Position numbers and translations under genes: made by a program. The notes under the pieces are model-generated. The model did no database searches. It worked only from the letters and a program-made list of their open reading frames with translations, and was not told where the DNA came from. DNA of 64,000 nt from Octopus sinensis. Taxonomy: Eukaryota. Positions 14,001-28,382 of this stretch are shown in pieces (position 1 is the first letter of the stretch; each line of letters starts with the position of its first letter). The stretch covers positions 43,028,001-43,092,000 of the forward strand of contig NC_043012.1 of assembly GCF_006345805.1 (NCBI RefSeq). The letters are read 5' to 3'.

Positions 14001-14277
14001 ATCATAGCAGCCCAAGATTAATGCCTATCTACAAGAAACTACCAGGCCAACATATTAAAGAACGGCAGTAGCCCAACATGTCGTGTATGTCAACAACAAA
14101 ATGAAATCATTGATCATGCTGTCTCCAATTGCAGTCTTCTTCGGCCTACAGAGTATCTCAACAGTCATGATAGAGCTGCACAATATATTCACTGGGTAAT
14201 TTGCAAAAGCCTGAACTTGCCCCATGATAAAAACTGGTGAGAACTCAAACCACCTTCAGTGCTTGAAAATGATCACT
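11086..14277 (+). mobile_element. near full-length, frameshifted R4/Dong-like retrotransposon (N-terminal domain, RT, Zn knuckle; RLE truncated)
   Basis: KWSREDNKEVL N-terminal motif; WKSPGKDK, NYKPITCL, WIDYKKAFDS, LIYMDDLKLF, YLPRKVGGRGL. Begins and ends in (TAA)n. Confidence 0.92.
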
Positions 14278-14278
14278 C

Positions 14279-14351
<73 letters not shown>

Positions 14352-14352
<1 letters not shown>

Positions 14353-14948
14353 GGAATATATTCACAGACATGACAGAGTTGGAACCTACATACACTGGAA
14401 GCTATGCCAACATTATGGAATAACAACAGAAAAAAGATGGTATAGGCACACACTAGAAAAGGTCACAGAAAACGAGAAAGCAACCATACTCTGGGATATG
14501 CCGATACACACAGATAGAGAAATTAAGGCCAACAGACCAGATATAGTTGTCAGAGATCATGAAGAAAAAAATGCTTTCTAATTGATGTATCAATACCGGC
14601 AGATGACAACGTGTCTCTAAAAGAAATGGAGAAACTTTCAAAATACAAAGACCTGGAAATAGAGGTAACTAGAATGTGGAATCTAAAACCAGAAACAATT
14701 CCTATCATATATAGTAGGTGCATTAGGCATGATAAAAAAATATTCAGACAAATACATAACAAAAACACCACGACTTACAAACACATATAACATACAGAAA
14801 ATTGCACTACTAGGCACTGCACACATCCTACACAGAACACTTTCCATACAATAACCATCAGAGCATCACAACAAAACACAGCACATACCCAAGGCAGACA
14901 GAGCTGCGCTCGGTAGTGAAGTGAAAGCACAATATAAAAATAAAACTA

Positions 14949-14952
<4 letters not shown>
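14352..14952 (+). mobile_element. R4/Dong-like 3' end, near-identical to 7912-8505
   Basis: Almost base-for-base match to the first copy, with small indels. Flanked by (TAA)n. Confidence 0.9.
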
Positions 14953-15018
<66 letters not shown>

Positions 15019-15037
15019 CATACATATATACATACAT

Positions 15038-15605
15038 GTGAAGGTGTATGGCTCAGTGGTTAGAGCGTCGTGAGTTTCTGAGTTCGATTCTCGTTGTGTT
15101 CTTGAACAAGACACTTTATTTCACGTTGTTCCAGTTCACTCATCTGTAGAAATGAATTGCGACGTCACTGGTGCCAAGATGTATCGGCCTTTGTATTTTC
15201 CTTCGATAATATCGGTGGCGTGGAAGAATCGTTACCGTGTGGGACAAAATGCTTACCAGTATTTCTTCCAACTTTGCGTTCTGAGTTCAAATGCCCACAA
15301 GGTTGATTTTGCTTTCATCCGTTCGGGATCTATAAAATAAGTACCAGTTGAGTACTGGGGTCGATGTAGTCGACTAATCTTCCCCACAAATTTCAGACCT
15401 TGAGTCTATAGTAGAAAGGAGAATTATTATTCCAGTATCGAGCTGGTAGAATCGTTAGCACGGTGGATAAAATGCTTTGCAGCTTTTCTTCCGGCTGATT
15501 CCATTCTGAATTCAAATTCCACCGAGGTCATCTTTGTCTTTCATCATTTTGCGATCGATAAAATAACTACCATTTCAGCATTGGAGTCGATAGAAAGAAT
15601 TATTG
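15038..15605 (+). mobile_element. cluster of tRNA-derived SINEs
   Basis: A box TGGCTCAGTGGTTAGAGC and B box GAGTTCGATTC at 15049-15090, then two copies of the second SINE family (about 15240-15430 and 15437-15605). Confidence 0.75.
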
Positions 15606-15619
15606 TTATTTATGACTAT

Positions 15620-16640
15620 AACAGTTAGCAGGTATGTTGCCTTGAGGTTTGGTGACAACAAGACTCATCGAATCTTAAGAATCGTTCTTAGGATTCTCAT
15701 AGAATACAGATTTGCACTTTCCTGCAGATCAGCAATGCGAGTTTCAATACCAGTATCCTTCAGCCGCTTAGGTAGCAGTTTAGATGTGCCAAGTTCACCA
15801 ATCACCATAAAAATAATTGCCGTCAATCTTTTCATCGCTCTGGTTCACTAACTATTTGAATATTTTAATCAACCCTCTCCCGTTTTAATCTGCCCTCTCT
15901 TGTATTTTCAAAGCTCTTTTTAGTAAATCTTGTAAGTCTGACATAAACAAGATATAATCACATTGTTATTGATAACTTTGGAGCAGGGATGTAGTGTAAG
16001 AGAAAGCGACAAAATAGAAATGACATTTAGGGAAGGTAATAGATAAAGTGGCTTAATGTTTTCAAAATGTTTCTGCTATAAAGGTGACCTGTGTTTATGT
16101 AGAAGTGCGTTTTGTATTTTCTGCCACTTTTGCTAGAGACCATTTCACAGTTGTTATATCATTAAAAGAAAAACAAAACATCCTTTACACCTTTTATTCT
16201 ATAAAGTCGGCAATAATAAATATTGACAGAAAGCGAAAAAAGGGTTCATTGCCTTCATCTTTGCTAAGAAAACTCTTAACAACAGCAGGTCCTTTAACAT
16301 CAGTTTCCGCCTAGCTGGACAAATGGAAACTTTTTTCCGCCTTTGCTCTGTTTATCTTTAACATTCTATTCAACTTTTACAACAAACTCTATGAATAGAA
16401 TTGTTTTTATCTTTTTTACCTTTTATTTGTTTTTACTTGTCGGTTTACCATTTTGCTTATGATTGTTTATTGTTTCACTTTTCTTTTCATTTTTATTTCA
16501 GGTTGTGTATGAGTGTTATTTCTGCATAAGTTTTTCGTATCATGTAACGCGTATTAATTTCTCAGTGAACTGTTTTGAGTTTCAATTTCTTTATCCTTTT
16601 CTTTATTTCACTTAGGTATAAACAAAATAATAAAGTCACA
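15620..16640 (-). mobile_element. decayed R4/Dong-like fragment
   Basis: Minus frame GRGLIK...FMVIGELGT...LQESANLYSMRILRTIL* matches the C-terminus of the plus-strand copies. Confidence 0.55.
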
Positions 16641-16830
16641 TTCATGTTTGCTTACAAATTCAAATCATGGTTCATACCGTTGTTACAAGCACCATTTCGC
16701 ACACACGATGCCCTACTATCCGATTTGGAGCATCATTGGAAGCTATGTTATCAATATCATCAGTAAAGTCATTACCATCACGGTTTCATTTAGGTACTCT
16801 TTGTATGTATATCTGAGTTTTCATCTCTAT

Positions 16831-17087
16831 ATTACATGGAAAAATGCGAGCAAGAGAAATAATATTCTTAAGATTATAAACCTGGAAAATTGCAGGACAG
16901 GTTATTACATTTTGCAAAGTTCAGGACAAATTATTACATCTGGTAGAGTACAAAACAAGAAAATTTTTACTTAAGATATTGCTGCTAAGGATAAAGTTTC
17001 AAATAAAATATTTAGATTTAGAAAATATTAGCTAAGGTTTATAATCTTAAGAATATTATTTCTCTTGCCCGCATTTTCCCATGTAAT
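16831..17087. mobile_element. MITE-like element with about 52-bp inverted ends
   Basis: 16831-16882 is the reverse complement of 17036-17087, with few mismatches. Confidence 0.7.
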
Positions 17088-17141
17088 TCATTTTCCCCCC
17101 AGGCTATGCTATTATGCTAATTAATAATGTGTCAAATGTCT

Positions 17142-17846
17142 CAATTAGCGGTATCGTTGATATCTTTTTTCTTTACTTCAATCATGCCAGTGACATATAA
17201 AAGCCCCCTTATAGAACTATATTCACAAAAAAAGTATAGAAATATATTATCACTCTCAAACTTGAGAAACAAACACTCATAACTTTTTCTTTAAAAACTT
17301 CATTGCATGAGATGGATACCATGAAATTCCTCGAATTGAGCTCTATCATTTAAGCTTAATTAAAATATAGTTTGTTTTTAAGATGTAAAAGTTAATTATA
17401 CTTAAATTAAAATATAGTTTGTTTTTAAAATAAGAAAGTTAATTACACTTAAATCCAATTTTCTGCCTTATATTTTTTCATGATATTTTACATCACAACT
17501 TTTTTGATACAAATTTTTGTTGCATGGGAACAACGCTATGGAATTCTTCATGCTTTCTTCTATCATTGACGTTAAGATAAATATATTTTGCTTTTAAAAT
17601 AAAAAAGTTATTTAGATCTAAACTTACTCTCTTATAACGTTATTACAAATTTTGATGCAAACTTTTTCTGCTGGATCATATCTCAATTTTTTTATGCCAA
17701 AAATGTAGCTAGAGACCAGTCTTCTTCAAAAATGTTAGCAGGTTTCAATTTGGTTAAGAACTGAATTAGTGACAAACTCTGAAGGTGCTGTGTATGAGTA
17801 AATTGCAGCCTTAAAAATATTATTCAACTACTACCGTAGTTGAATG
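17142..17846. repeat. copy 2 of the hairpin-ended repeat at 1593-2268
   Basis: Colinear match. Hairpin ATTCAACTAC-TACC-GTAGTTGAAT at 17822-17845 has the same stem and a different loop. Confidence 0.65.
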
Positions 17847-18433
17847 TCAAGAAATTATATATTTTGCGCTAACTAACGGCTTAGTGGGTCACAACATTCA
17901 ACTCTTCATTATAAGACAGATATTGTTTGCTTATGGAAAAAACCGTACATAGCTGTGATAGCCAAATTTGTTGGTTTCAACTTTTAGTTGGAACCGTTTC
18001 TTTTTCCATCGTGAATGTTCCTCGGTAAATGTATAAACATTAGGTTTGTATTTCCTCGCTGAGATTAATGTGAGAAACCGGATATTTCCGTCTTCAACAA
18101 ATGTTTTTTAAGAAAAGAAGACTTATGTTGTTTATTTATGGTAAGTATAGTTTAAAAATATAGACACACTGGCAAAAACAGAACTTGATAAGAGGAATGA
18201 TATTTCAGTGTCAGTATCAGTTTCAGTTGTGATTTGACCATACCACACCCTCTGCAGTTGTGCTTGAGAAATATATGCCGACCATATATTTACTACAACG
18301 ACTACGATGATAGCGATGATGAAAATTACTTTCTCTCTCTCTTTAGTCTATACCAGTGGTTCCTAACCTGGGATCCGCGGACTCCTGGTGGTCCGCAAAG
18401 GTAGTACTGGGGGCCCGTGAACTAAATTCAAAA

Positions 18434-18518
<85 letters not shown>

Positions 18519-18538
18519 CACATATATATATATATATA

Positions 18539-19831
18539 CGAGGGGCGTTCAATAAGTAATGCCCCTGACCCACTTCCCATAGCAGTAGAGCAACGAAACT
18601 TGGCACAGTTAGTAGTCTTTTTTTACATAGGAACCACACAGAGTTACGCATTTCTCCCATCGTTTGATGCAGTTCTGGAGACCGTTTTTGTAGAAGACCC
18701 CAGCTTAGTCCTCCAACCACGACTTGACTTCATAAATCAAGGCTGCATCATCTGGGAAACGCTTTCCTTTCAAAAACAACTTCATGGATGGGAAGAGGTG
18801 AAAATCAGAGGGTGCAAGGTCAGGAGAGTAGGAGGGATGGGGGAGGAGTTCATAGCCGCACGCCTGTGCTTCTGATCTGGCGACACGCGAGTTGTGGACC
18901 GGAGCGTTGTCCTGCAGGAGGAGGATGCCTTTGCTGATCTTACCCTACCTCTTGATTTTGATAACTTCTCTTAATTTCCTCAGAAGTGAAGCATAATAGG
19001 CTCCTGTAATTGTGGTACCATTTGCCAGGAAATCTGTCATCACTACTCCATCCTGGTCCTAGAAGACTGTGAGTATGACCTTGCCAGCGGAGGGCTGCAC
19101 CCTTGCCTTCTTTGGAGGAGGTGAGTCACGGTGCTTCCACTGCATTGACTGAGCTTTGGTCTCTGGATCATAGTGATGGACCCAGGTTTCATCCTGTGTA
19201 ATCAGTCTTTTGAAAAATTTTGACTCATCTTCTTGGCACATCTCCAAATTCATCCTCGAGCACACGACGCGTTCTTGCTTCTGGAAAGGTGTGAGCAACC
19301 TGGAAATCCATCTGGCAGACACCTTTTGCATATGAAAATGGTCATGAATGATAGTTTCCACAGACCCGGTACTAATCTTGAGCTTATGGGCTATTTAGCG
19401 AATAGTTATGCGTCGATCTTCCAAAATGGCAGCCTCAACTTAACGGAGAGATGCCTCATCAATGGCAGAAGGGGGACGACCAGATCTGGGAGCTGTTTCC
19501 ACAGAGTTCCGACCATGTTTGAATTCACGATGCCAGCGTTTTACAAGGTCATATGATGGGGCTTCATCACCATAAGTTACTTTCATTTCATTAAATGTAT
19601 CCCGTGGTGAGCGTCCTTTCAAATACAAAAACCGGATCACTGCTCGACACTCAACAGGCTCCATATCACACTTGACTCAGTTCAAACACCTGTAAATCAG
19701 AAACCACGATTAATTCAGAGCTATAATTTACCACTTAATCTATAGAGATATAAATAATTGCAGGTGCAAAATTTTAGCTAGATCAAACAACTGCAAGTGG
19801 ATCAGGGACATTACTTATTGAACGTCCCTCA
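18539..19831 (-). mobile_element. full-length (1293 bp) mariner element with a frameshifted DD34D transposase
   Basis: About 33-bp TIRs (CGAGGGGCGTTCAATAAGTAATGCCCCTGACCCA) and TA TSDs. Protein motifs: MEPVECRAVIRFL, RSGRP, KVSARWISRLL, ITQDETWVHHYDPE, YSPDLAPSDFHLFP, KRWEKCV. Confidence 0.95.
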
Positions 19832-19870
19832 TATATATAAATAAATATAAATATAAATATCAATAAATAA

Positions 19871-19952
<82 letters not shown>

Positions 19953-19956
<4 letters not shown>

Positions 19957-21827
19957 ACCTCTCCGAGACAACCTCACTCGGGCTGAATTGATTGCCCTTC
20001 GCCACCTCCGTCGCCGCAATGACATTGTCATCAAACTGGCGGACAAAGGCAGAGCGGTGGTGGTGTGGCGCGCAGATCTATACAGGGAGGAAGCGCTCAG
20101 CCAGCTTCAAAATCCCCTCTTCTATCGCCTCCTCCCCTCCGATCCCACCTCTTCTTACCAACAGCGAGTGTCCTCCACCATCCACGACCTCATCTCCTCT
20201 TCTGCTCTCCCCCCACCGCCACCAATCTCATCGTCCGCACACCCCGCACCTCCACCATCTATTTCCTTCCCAAAATTCATAAACCCAATAACCCTGGCCG
20301 CCCCATCGTTTCTGCCTGTAATTGCCCCACTGAACACCTTTCCCTGTACCTCGACCGCATCCTGTCCCCCTTAGTCGCAGCCCTCCCATCCCACATACAT
20401 GACACCAACCACGCCCTCCGTCTCTTCATTTCCTTTTCCTTGCCTTCCAGCCCCTCACACCTCCTCTTCATCTTAGACATAAAATCCCTGTATACGGTAA
20501 TTCCCCACAACGACGGTCTCTTAGCCCTCCAACACTTCCTCGACCGTCGTCCCGACCTCACCCCCAGCACCCTCACCATTCTCCGCCTGGCAGAGCTCGT
20601 CCTCACCCTCAACTGTTTCACGTTCGCCGGGGAAACGTACCAACAGCTGTCTGGGGTCGCGATGGAAACGAGAATGGGCCCCAATTTCGCCAATCTATTT
20701 GTTGGCTACATTGAGGCCCAAGTATTCTTCCAATTCTCCGGGCCGACCCCAGAACTATACGGTCGCTACATAGACGACTGCATAGGCGCCACTTCCCTTT
20801 CCCGCGGACAACTCTGCCACTTCATCTCTTTCCTCTCTAACTTCCACCCCTCTCTACAATTCACTTCCACCATCTCCAATACCTCTGTCAACTTCCTTGA
20901 TATCTCTCTCAGCATCGACCACCCCTCCCACTCTCTCACCACCTCCGCCTTCTTCAAACCCACGGATTCCCACCTCTATCTCAACTTCTCCTCCTCCCAT
21001 CCCTTCCACACCGAACGTACTCCCCTACTCCCAGTTCCGCCGCCTCCGACGATTGTGCAGCCGCGACCAGGATTTCGAGACCCAGTCTCAATACCTGGCC
21101 CGCCTGTTCAGGCATCGAGGATACCCACCTACCCTGGTCTTGAACCCCCTCGCCCGCGCTCGTCGCATCGACCGCACCACCGCCCTTTCTCCTTCCTCTC
21201 ACTCACCCCACAACCGCACCCCTTTCCCCTCCTTTTCCACTCCTCTACTCTACCCCTTCGTCGGAAGATACTACGTGCCTTCCGTCGTCTCCAGCTCGAT
21301 CCCACGACCCGCCCCATTTCCCCAACCCACCCCTGTCCTCCTTCAAACGAGCCCGGAATCTACGCGACCTCCTGGTCCGTAGCACCCTCTCTTCTTCCCC
21401 CTCAGCCCCACACGGATCCTTCCCGTGCTCCAGATCCCGCTGCAACACCTGCCCCTTCATCACCAACACCACTGCTGTCACCGGTTCCAACCAGCGCACG
21501 GTACGTATCAGACATTCTTTTACGTGCACTTCGTCTGGTCTCATATACTGCATTAAATGCAACCTCTGCAGAATGCTGTATGTGGGACAGACGGGACGCC
21601 GGTTGTCAGACCGATTCGCCGAACATCTGAGGGATGTTCGTCTACGGTCCAATTCTCACGTCGCACGTCACTTCCGCTCGGCCAGCCATTCCCCCGATGA
21701 CATCTCTGTGTTTGGTCTCGCCCGAAACAACGGTCCTCCACAACCCAGGCTTCACTTGGAACAACGATTCATTGTCACTCTACAGCCCAATACCTCACAC
21801 GGACTCAACACAGCCCCCTCCTCTTAG
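19953..21827 (+). pseudogene. Penelope-like element ORF (RT plus C-terminal GIY-YIG), 5'-truncated and frameshifted
   Basis: [43 protein letters not shown], and LIYCIKCNLCRMLYVGQTGRRLSDRFAEH. Confidence 0.93.
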
Positions 21828-21879
21828 TGACTGCGGTCCACCTCTCCCCACTAGCAACTTCTTTTTTTTCTTTCCTTAC

Positions 21880-23535
21880 ACAGAAACACACACACACACA
21901 CATACTCACGTATCCACGAACACACCACACACATACAACATACATGCACATGTACGCACACATACTTCCATACCTATACACCCCCCACACCCCCACGCGC
22001 ACACACACATGCCCGTGCACACACACCAACAAACAATACTCATACAGATACGCACACTCTTATAAACATCTAGCAGACACACACACACACATACACGCAC
22101 GTAAGCGCACACACGCACACACGCACACGCATGTATATTATGCCCACACAACTCCAACCCCCACACGCATACATCCACACACACACACATATACATACGT
22201 ACACACACATACATACATACATTCATACATACATACATACACACACATACACACACATATACACACATACACACACATACATACACACATAAATACACAC
22301 ATACATACACACATACACACACACATACACACATGCACACATACACACATACATACATACATACACACACATACATACACACATACATACATACACACAT
22401 ACATACATAGATACATAGATACATACATACATACACACACATACACACATACACACATACACGCATACACGCATGCACGCTTACATACATACACACACAT
22501 ACATACATACATACATACACACACTTACACACATACATACATACATACATACATACATGCATACACACATACACACACATACACACACATACATACATAC
22601 ATACATACACACATACATACATACACACACACATACACACACACATACATACTACATACATACATACATACATACATACATACATACATACATGCATATG
22701 GGGTTGGCTGTATTGCAGGCGTGCGTCAGTGTGTGTATGTGTGTGCCTGTGGATTCACATACACCCACATTAATTTTTTTTCCCATCAGTCTTTCAATTA
22801 TAAAGTGTGTGCTTGCATACATATATATACACACATATAAACATATAAACTCACATATAAACCTCTATATTTTTACACACACGTACATGTATAATACATT
22901 CACTCGCACGCACGTACACACACATGCACACACACATGCACACACACACACACATTTACATATATATACAATACACGCACAACACATACAGACGTACAAA
23001 CACACACAAATTCACATACACACCGACACATATACATACACACAATATATACCTACACGCGCACGCACACATACACATACGTACACACATATAAGCACAG
23101 ACACACACACACATATACGCACACAAAAACATGCGCACACATACGCACGCACACACGTACACCAATGCACACACCCAAAACTCACAACCCCACGGATACA
23201 CGCATATACATCCATATACGCTTACACACACACACATACAAACGCACACATACACGCACACACAACTACACGCACATACATACACACACACACAAATGAA
23301 CCCACACATACATCCCATACACACGGCACACAATTATACATCACAATTATACATATATATACACACACACACGCACGTAAAGCACACACGTACACATACA
23401 CTAAGTTAAGCACAGTTACTCGCCACACACCCAAACTCTACGCATACACACACGAACACACACATACACATACACACACTACAAACAAAACACACACACG
23501 ATACATATACATACACGCACACACACATACCTCTT
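21880..23535. repeat. about 1.65-kb compound (CA)/(TACA) low-complexity tract in the PLE 3' region
   Basis: Direct reading of the sequence. The H/T-rich ORFs here are microsatellite translations. Confidence 0.9.
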
Positions 23536-23884
23536 TGTTTTGACTTGTGGCTGGACACAAAAAACACCACTCCTTATTCTTACCTACTGGCCAGCTACTA
23601 GCCAGTTGTTCGCCATACACACATACACACACACACGTGTCATCATTGCACACACACACACGCGCGCACACGCAGACCCCCGCGCACGCACACATCCACA
23701 CACATTCCCCCCTCACTTTCCTTGTTTTTGACATACTACCTACTGTCTTTGAAAACTCTCCTGTCTTTAAAAAACATTATTCTTCCACCTTTCTACTTCC
23801 GGTCTTTCAATATGTGACCTCGTGAGTGCCGCTGGCGACTTTTTTCCTCTGTCTTCCCTTCTCGGGATCTTTCCTTCTCCTATA

Positions 23885-23917
23885 CTTCCGACGAAGAGCT
23901 CCGCTCGAAACGTTAAG
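23885..23917 (+). ncRNA. minimal hammerhead-like motif, U4C core
   Basis: CTT CCGACGA A GAGC-TCC-GCTC GAAA CG TT/ AAG. Stem III is the palindrome ACGT; stem I is only 3 bp. Confidence 0.55.
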
Positions 23918-24024
23918 CCCTCCTTCTTCCCTTCTTTCCTGAGCGTCCAATAATAGTTTATTTGTTCCACGTCCTCGCATTGTTGTGTTTTTTTGTGTTT
24001 TTGTGTTTTCTTGTTCGGATTAAC

Positions 24025-24166
<142 letters not shown>

Positions 24167-24200
24167 CTATATATATATATATATATATATACATACATAT

Positions 24201-24266
<66 letters not shown>

Positions 24267-24433
24267 ATATGTATGTATATATGTATGTATATGTATATAT
24301 ATTAAGGTATGTAGAAAAATACAACATGGACAAGAACGTATAACTCTTAGAAGACGATACAATAAACATGGACAGGACATTCGAACCCCTCAGTCTTCAG
24401 TCAAGAACCGGATCATCGTAGTAATTTCGGCTG

Positions 24434-24484
<51 letters not shown>

Positions 24485-24891
24485 CAGTATACACACACAC
24501 ACGTCTCTAAGTAGATTTTTTCTCGCCCCTTATAAAACATCCAATATTCTTTAAATAGTCAGAACTTTATTCTCGGTCACAAAGAACATCTATACACCCT
24601 CACCCACATGATTGACCGAATTCTTCAGCCACCGGTTCTCAACATACACTGATAAACAGTTTCGCCATGGGCTCTTAGGAGCACAGTTCGATTTGTTTTT
24701 TGCTCCGCCTCTGTTCTGTTTTTGTTTTTCCAACGGATTTCCTTTTTTCTTCCTGAAGAGAAAGACACAATATGGTCCCATTATTCAATCGGATTTTGGT
24801 AATTTGTGCCTTTCGAAACACGTGTAGAATGAAATAAAACGATTTCTGTTCAATCTGCGTTCAGCTCCATTTCTTCAATTCACCAATAATG

Positions 24892-24962
<71 letters not shown>

Positions 24963-24987
24963 ATGTTGTTGAATGAATTATCCTAGT

Positions 24988-25055
<68 letters not shown>

Positions 25056-25126
25056 ATAAGCATATTAAAAAGAGTCCGTGGGAAAACTCATTTAAATAAA
25101 AGGGTTGGGAACCGCTGGTCTATATC

Positions 25127-28100
25127 TTGAGGCTACACGAGCTTGTGAAGTGTTTAAGGATGCATTTCAAGGGAGTGCAGAAAGAAGTAGAGTTTCAAAT
25201 AGCTAAAGAAAGCATTCCAACAATTAAGAAAGAACCCGCCAAGAGCTTGAGGCAAGTATACGTTGAAACATTGTTAGATAGGAGTCACGGGATGCAAATT
25301 ATGAAACAAGTCGAGATTGGATTAACAGCAATTGACAACTCAAAGCTGCCAGGTAAATATAAAATTTGGTGCTTACAGTTCGGCTTGTATCTGCGACTTT
25401 CGTGGCTACTTTTGATATATGATGTAGCACTATCACAAGTTCAAATCATTGAACAAAAATGTAATGTGGTCATTAGAAAGTGGCTAGGTCTACCTCGGAT
25501 ATTGAACAGTTCAACACTCTATCGTAAAAGAGGCTCATTGCAGTTGCCACTGGCGTCAATAGTCGAAATTCATAAACTAGGGAAATTCATAAACTAGGTG
25601 ATGAGGCTGAGAGAATAGAGAGACATAGCAATCAGGCGTAATACACCAGATGTAAAAACGGTCAGGATGTGGAAAGTAGAAGCAGAGACCGATGACATTC
25701 TGTCTTCTCTTATACACCAAGATATGGTGGGTGCAATGCAATTTCATCGAAAGAGACTTGGTATTGCCGGTGGACTACATCTCGGCTAAGATGTAGTCCA
25801 CCACCATATCTCATTCCAATCTATGATGTCTTGCCTTCGCCTATAAATCTAGTAAGATAGAACGTCTCAAAGGATGATGTATGCAAATGCGGAACGGTCG
25901 GAACACTGAAGCATATTCTTTCTAACTGTTCATTAGCATCGAACAGATATACATGGAGACACAACTTGGTTCTTAAGGTTATCTTCAATGCTATAAAGAA
26001 CCAAACTACTCTCATCAACAGTGGAAAAAAAAAACCGATTGAAGAACCAACCAGAGATTTCATTACCTTCGTGTGCTCAGGACAGCAGATCCGTTATAAG
26101 AACTAGAAGAAATTTCCTGTGAGCGACTATTGGCAGGTGGCTGCAGATTTATCAGGGTGCCAAGGATTCTTTCCCATTTCAGTTGCGAAAAACTCGGATA
26201 TTATAATGTGATGTGAAAGAAAGTTGTGAATCTAGTCGATGATTTTTTTTATCAACCATAAAAGGTCTTACATAGAGGGGACACTACAACACATTGGGGA
26301 CACAAAACATCAAAAAAAAATTATCGTATGATAAAATGAGAGAAAGGGTGATAATGAAAGATGAAAGTGATGTTAACTGCCCCATCAGTCAACATCGCTT
26401 ACTTGTCCTTTTTTTTTCCTATTTTACCTCGAAAATCATAAAGTCTACAAATTTAACCTCCTATATTTCTTTTAGTTTATTCCTCTTTCCCGGTGCCAAT
26501 GTTCTTCTTATTAATGTATATTCATCCTCAAGTTCCTTTTCAAGTTCTTCAACCTGATTTTTTGACACTACTATAACCATTTTCTGATGCCAGCCATCTG
26601 GCATTTCTATCTTTCCCCATATTTTCAATCTTTCATATAAATATTCTTCAGGGTGGAGGCTTTGTGTTATCACTTGTTTGTCTGTTTTCTGTTTTCTTGT
26701 TGGTGAGGAGTGGGTGGAATTGGTGTCTGCAGGAACGGGGAAGGACACAGTGGGTGAGGGTGGTGCTGGGGTGGATTGGGGTGCACAGTTACTTGCCTTT
26801 TTTCTTTTCCGCTGTTTCTTTTTCCCGGGGTTTCCCACTCTTTTCCGTCTTCGTTCACTTGACTCTCCTTTTCTTCTGTTTCCTTCTGTTCCTTCTGGGG
26901 TGCTACCGTTTCCACTGATGTTTTCTTGGTTATCTGTTCCACTGTCGTATTACAGTTTGCTCTTATGTGGCCCTTCAGGCCATATTTATAACAACGAGGG
27001 GCTCTGCCCTCCACCCATACTTTCATCGTTATATCATTTGTCATAATCGACTCCGCCAAATTTTGTAGGGTTTCCATTTCTGCTTGGACGCTCATTTCCA
27101 GCGTCGCTCCTCTCCATCCTTTATCTTCTGTTATAGTCGCTTGGACAATGTCGACCTTATCTTCATTATCGCAAATAACCGCTGCTATTACTAATTCTGC
27201 CTTGATATCCGGTGGAATTCCCTCCACCCTAATTCTTGATGTCCTTCTCCCCAGATAAGTGGGTAGAAGTGTAAATTTTCCATTTTTTATCGTCTTTGTG
27301 GCCATTCTTCTAGCAGTTTTCTCATTTATATACTGCACCACTACTGTGGAATACTTATTTCCTCTTGCGAGGAATACTATTTCTTCCTCTGTTGTTCTTA
27401 ATGCCTCCTCTATCATTTCCATGTTTATTATGTATGTGCTGTTCTTGTCGTTTGCTAATACTCTGTATATTATTTTCTTTTTTTCCATTTTACTTTTTTT
27501 CCTGTTGGGCAACAACAACTCCACCTCTCCGTTCACTCTTTTTATCTTGTCCTGGCATTCCGGTAATTTTGCCAGATTTATTTCTTTTTTCACCTGCGTA
27601 TGTCCTTTTCTGTAGTACCATGTCCATTCTTTCTACCGCCTCCACTAATTCTTCTTCGGAAGACGACATGTCTGACTCGCTGAACATTCTTCTTGTTCTC
27701 TCCATTCTTAATGAGGAAAAACTAGCCGAATTAATGATTCCTTATGAAGACAACGTGGACGCCGCTCGGGCTCTAAAGATTGACCGTTATATAAACCTCC
27801 TCGAGGAATGTGAAGACGCAGGCTGGAAAGCGGAGCATTTTCCAATCGAAGTCAGATGTAGATTTGTTGGACACAGTGTGAGGCGACAGTTGTTATCGTT
27901 AGGCTTAACTCATCGTAAAGTCAATACCACTATGAACGATATCCAAACTACAGTGGAGAAGGCTAGCCACTGGATTTAGTTAAAAAGAGACAATGAGCGA
28001 TGGCTAGAGGAATATTGGGCTATATTTAATAACCAGTTGATCTAGCAAGCAGAGCCGCATATCAGTGAGGTGGGGCCGGTACTCAATGATACCGCCGAGA
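25127..28100 (+). mobile_element. HERO-like RLE non-LTR retrotransposon 3' part, split by an insertion
   Basis: LPGKYKIWCLQF, CKCGTVGTLKHILSNC, SDIIM...NLVE, then ELMIPYEDN...KIDRY...AGWKAEHFPIEV. Confidence 0.8.
26240..27718 (-). mobile_element. ORF1/gag-only retroelement (HAL1-like), element 1
   Basis: ORFs 27705..27490, 27593..26670 and 26838..26461 (-). Knuckle VEGRAPRCYKYGLKGHIRANC, A-rich tail, and TSD AATCTAGTCGA / AAACTAGCCGA. Confidence 0.75.
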
Positions 28101-28382
28101 GGTAGGCTCCGAAATGTCGCGCATTCTCTCGTGATGACCCCATACATTTGCTGGCTTCCAGTATGTGGAGCTTTCGACTGGTAGCACTTGCATGAGCATA
28201 TATATGAGAATATATATATGGTGGCTGCCCCCTCGTTATCGAGTATGGCCATTGCACGAAGCTTAATCAATGTTGTTATCGTGCAATGCCTGTGCAAGAA
28301 GATTTTTTTAAAGTGAGGAAAGGCTGTGTCAATCCCACTCACTAAGCCATAATCCGAAAAGAAGAACAAGTCGACATCATCG

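Noticed and set aside
21827-23543. Long His/Thr/Tyr-rich and Val/Cys/Met-rich ORFs (up to 356 aa)
   Set aside because: They are translations of CA/TACA microsatellites, not genes. The same applies to the YI-, IL- and poly-N/I ORFs across the window.
24790-24835. GAAACACGTGTA followed by GAATG
   Set aside because: No recognisable CUGANGA-type core upstream.
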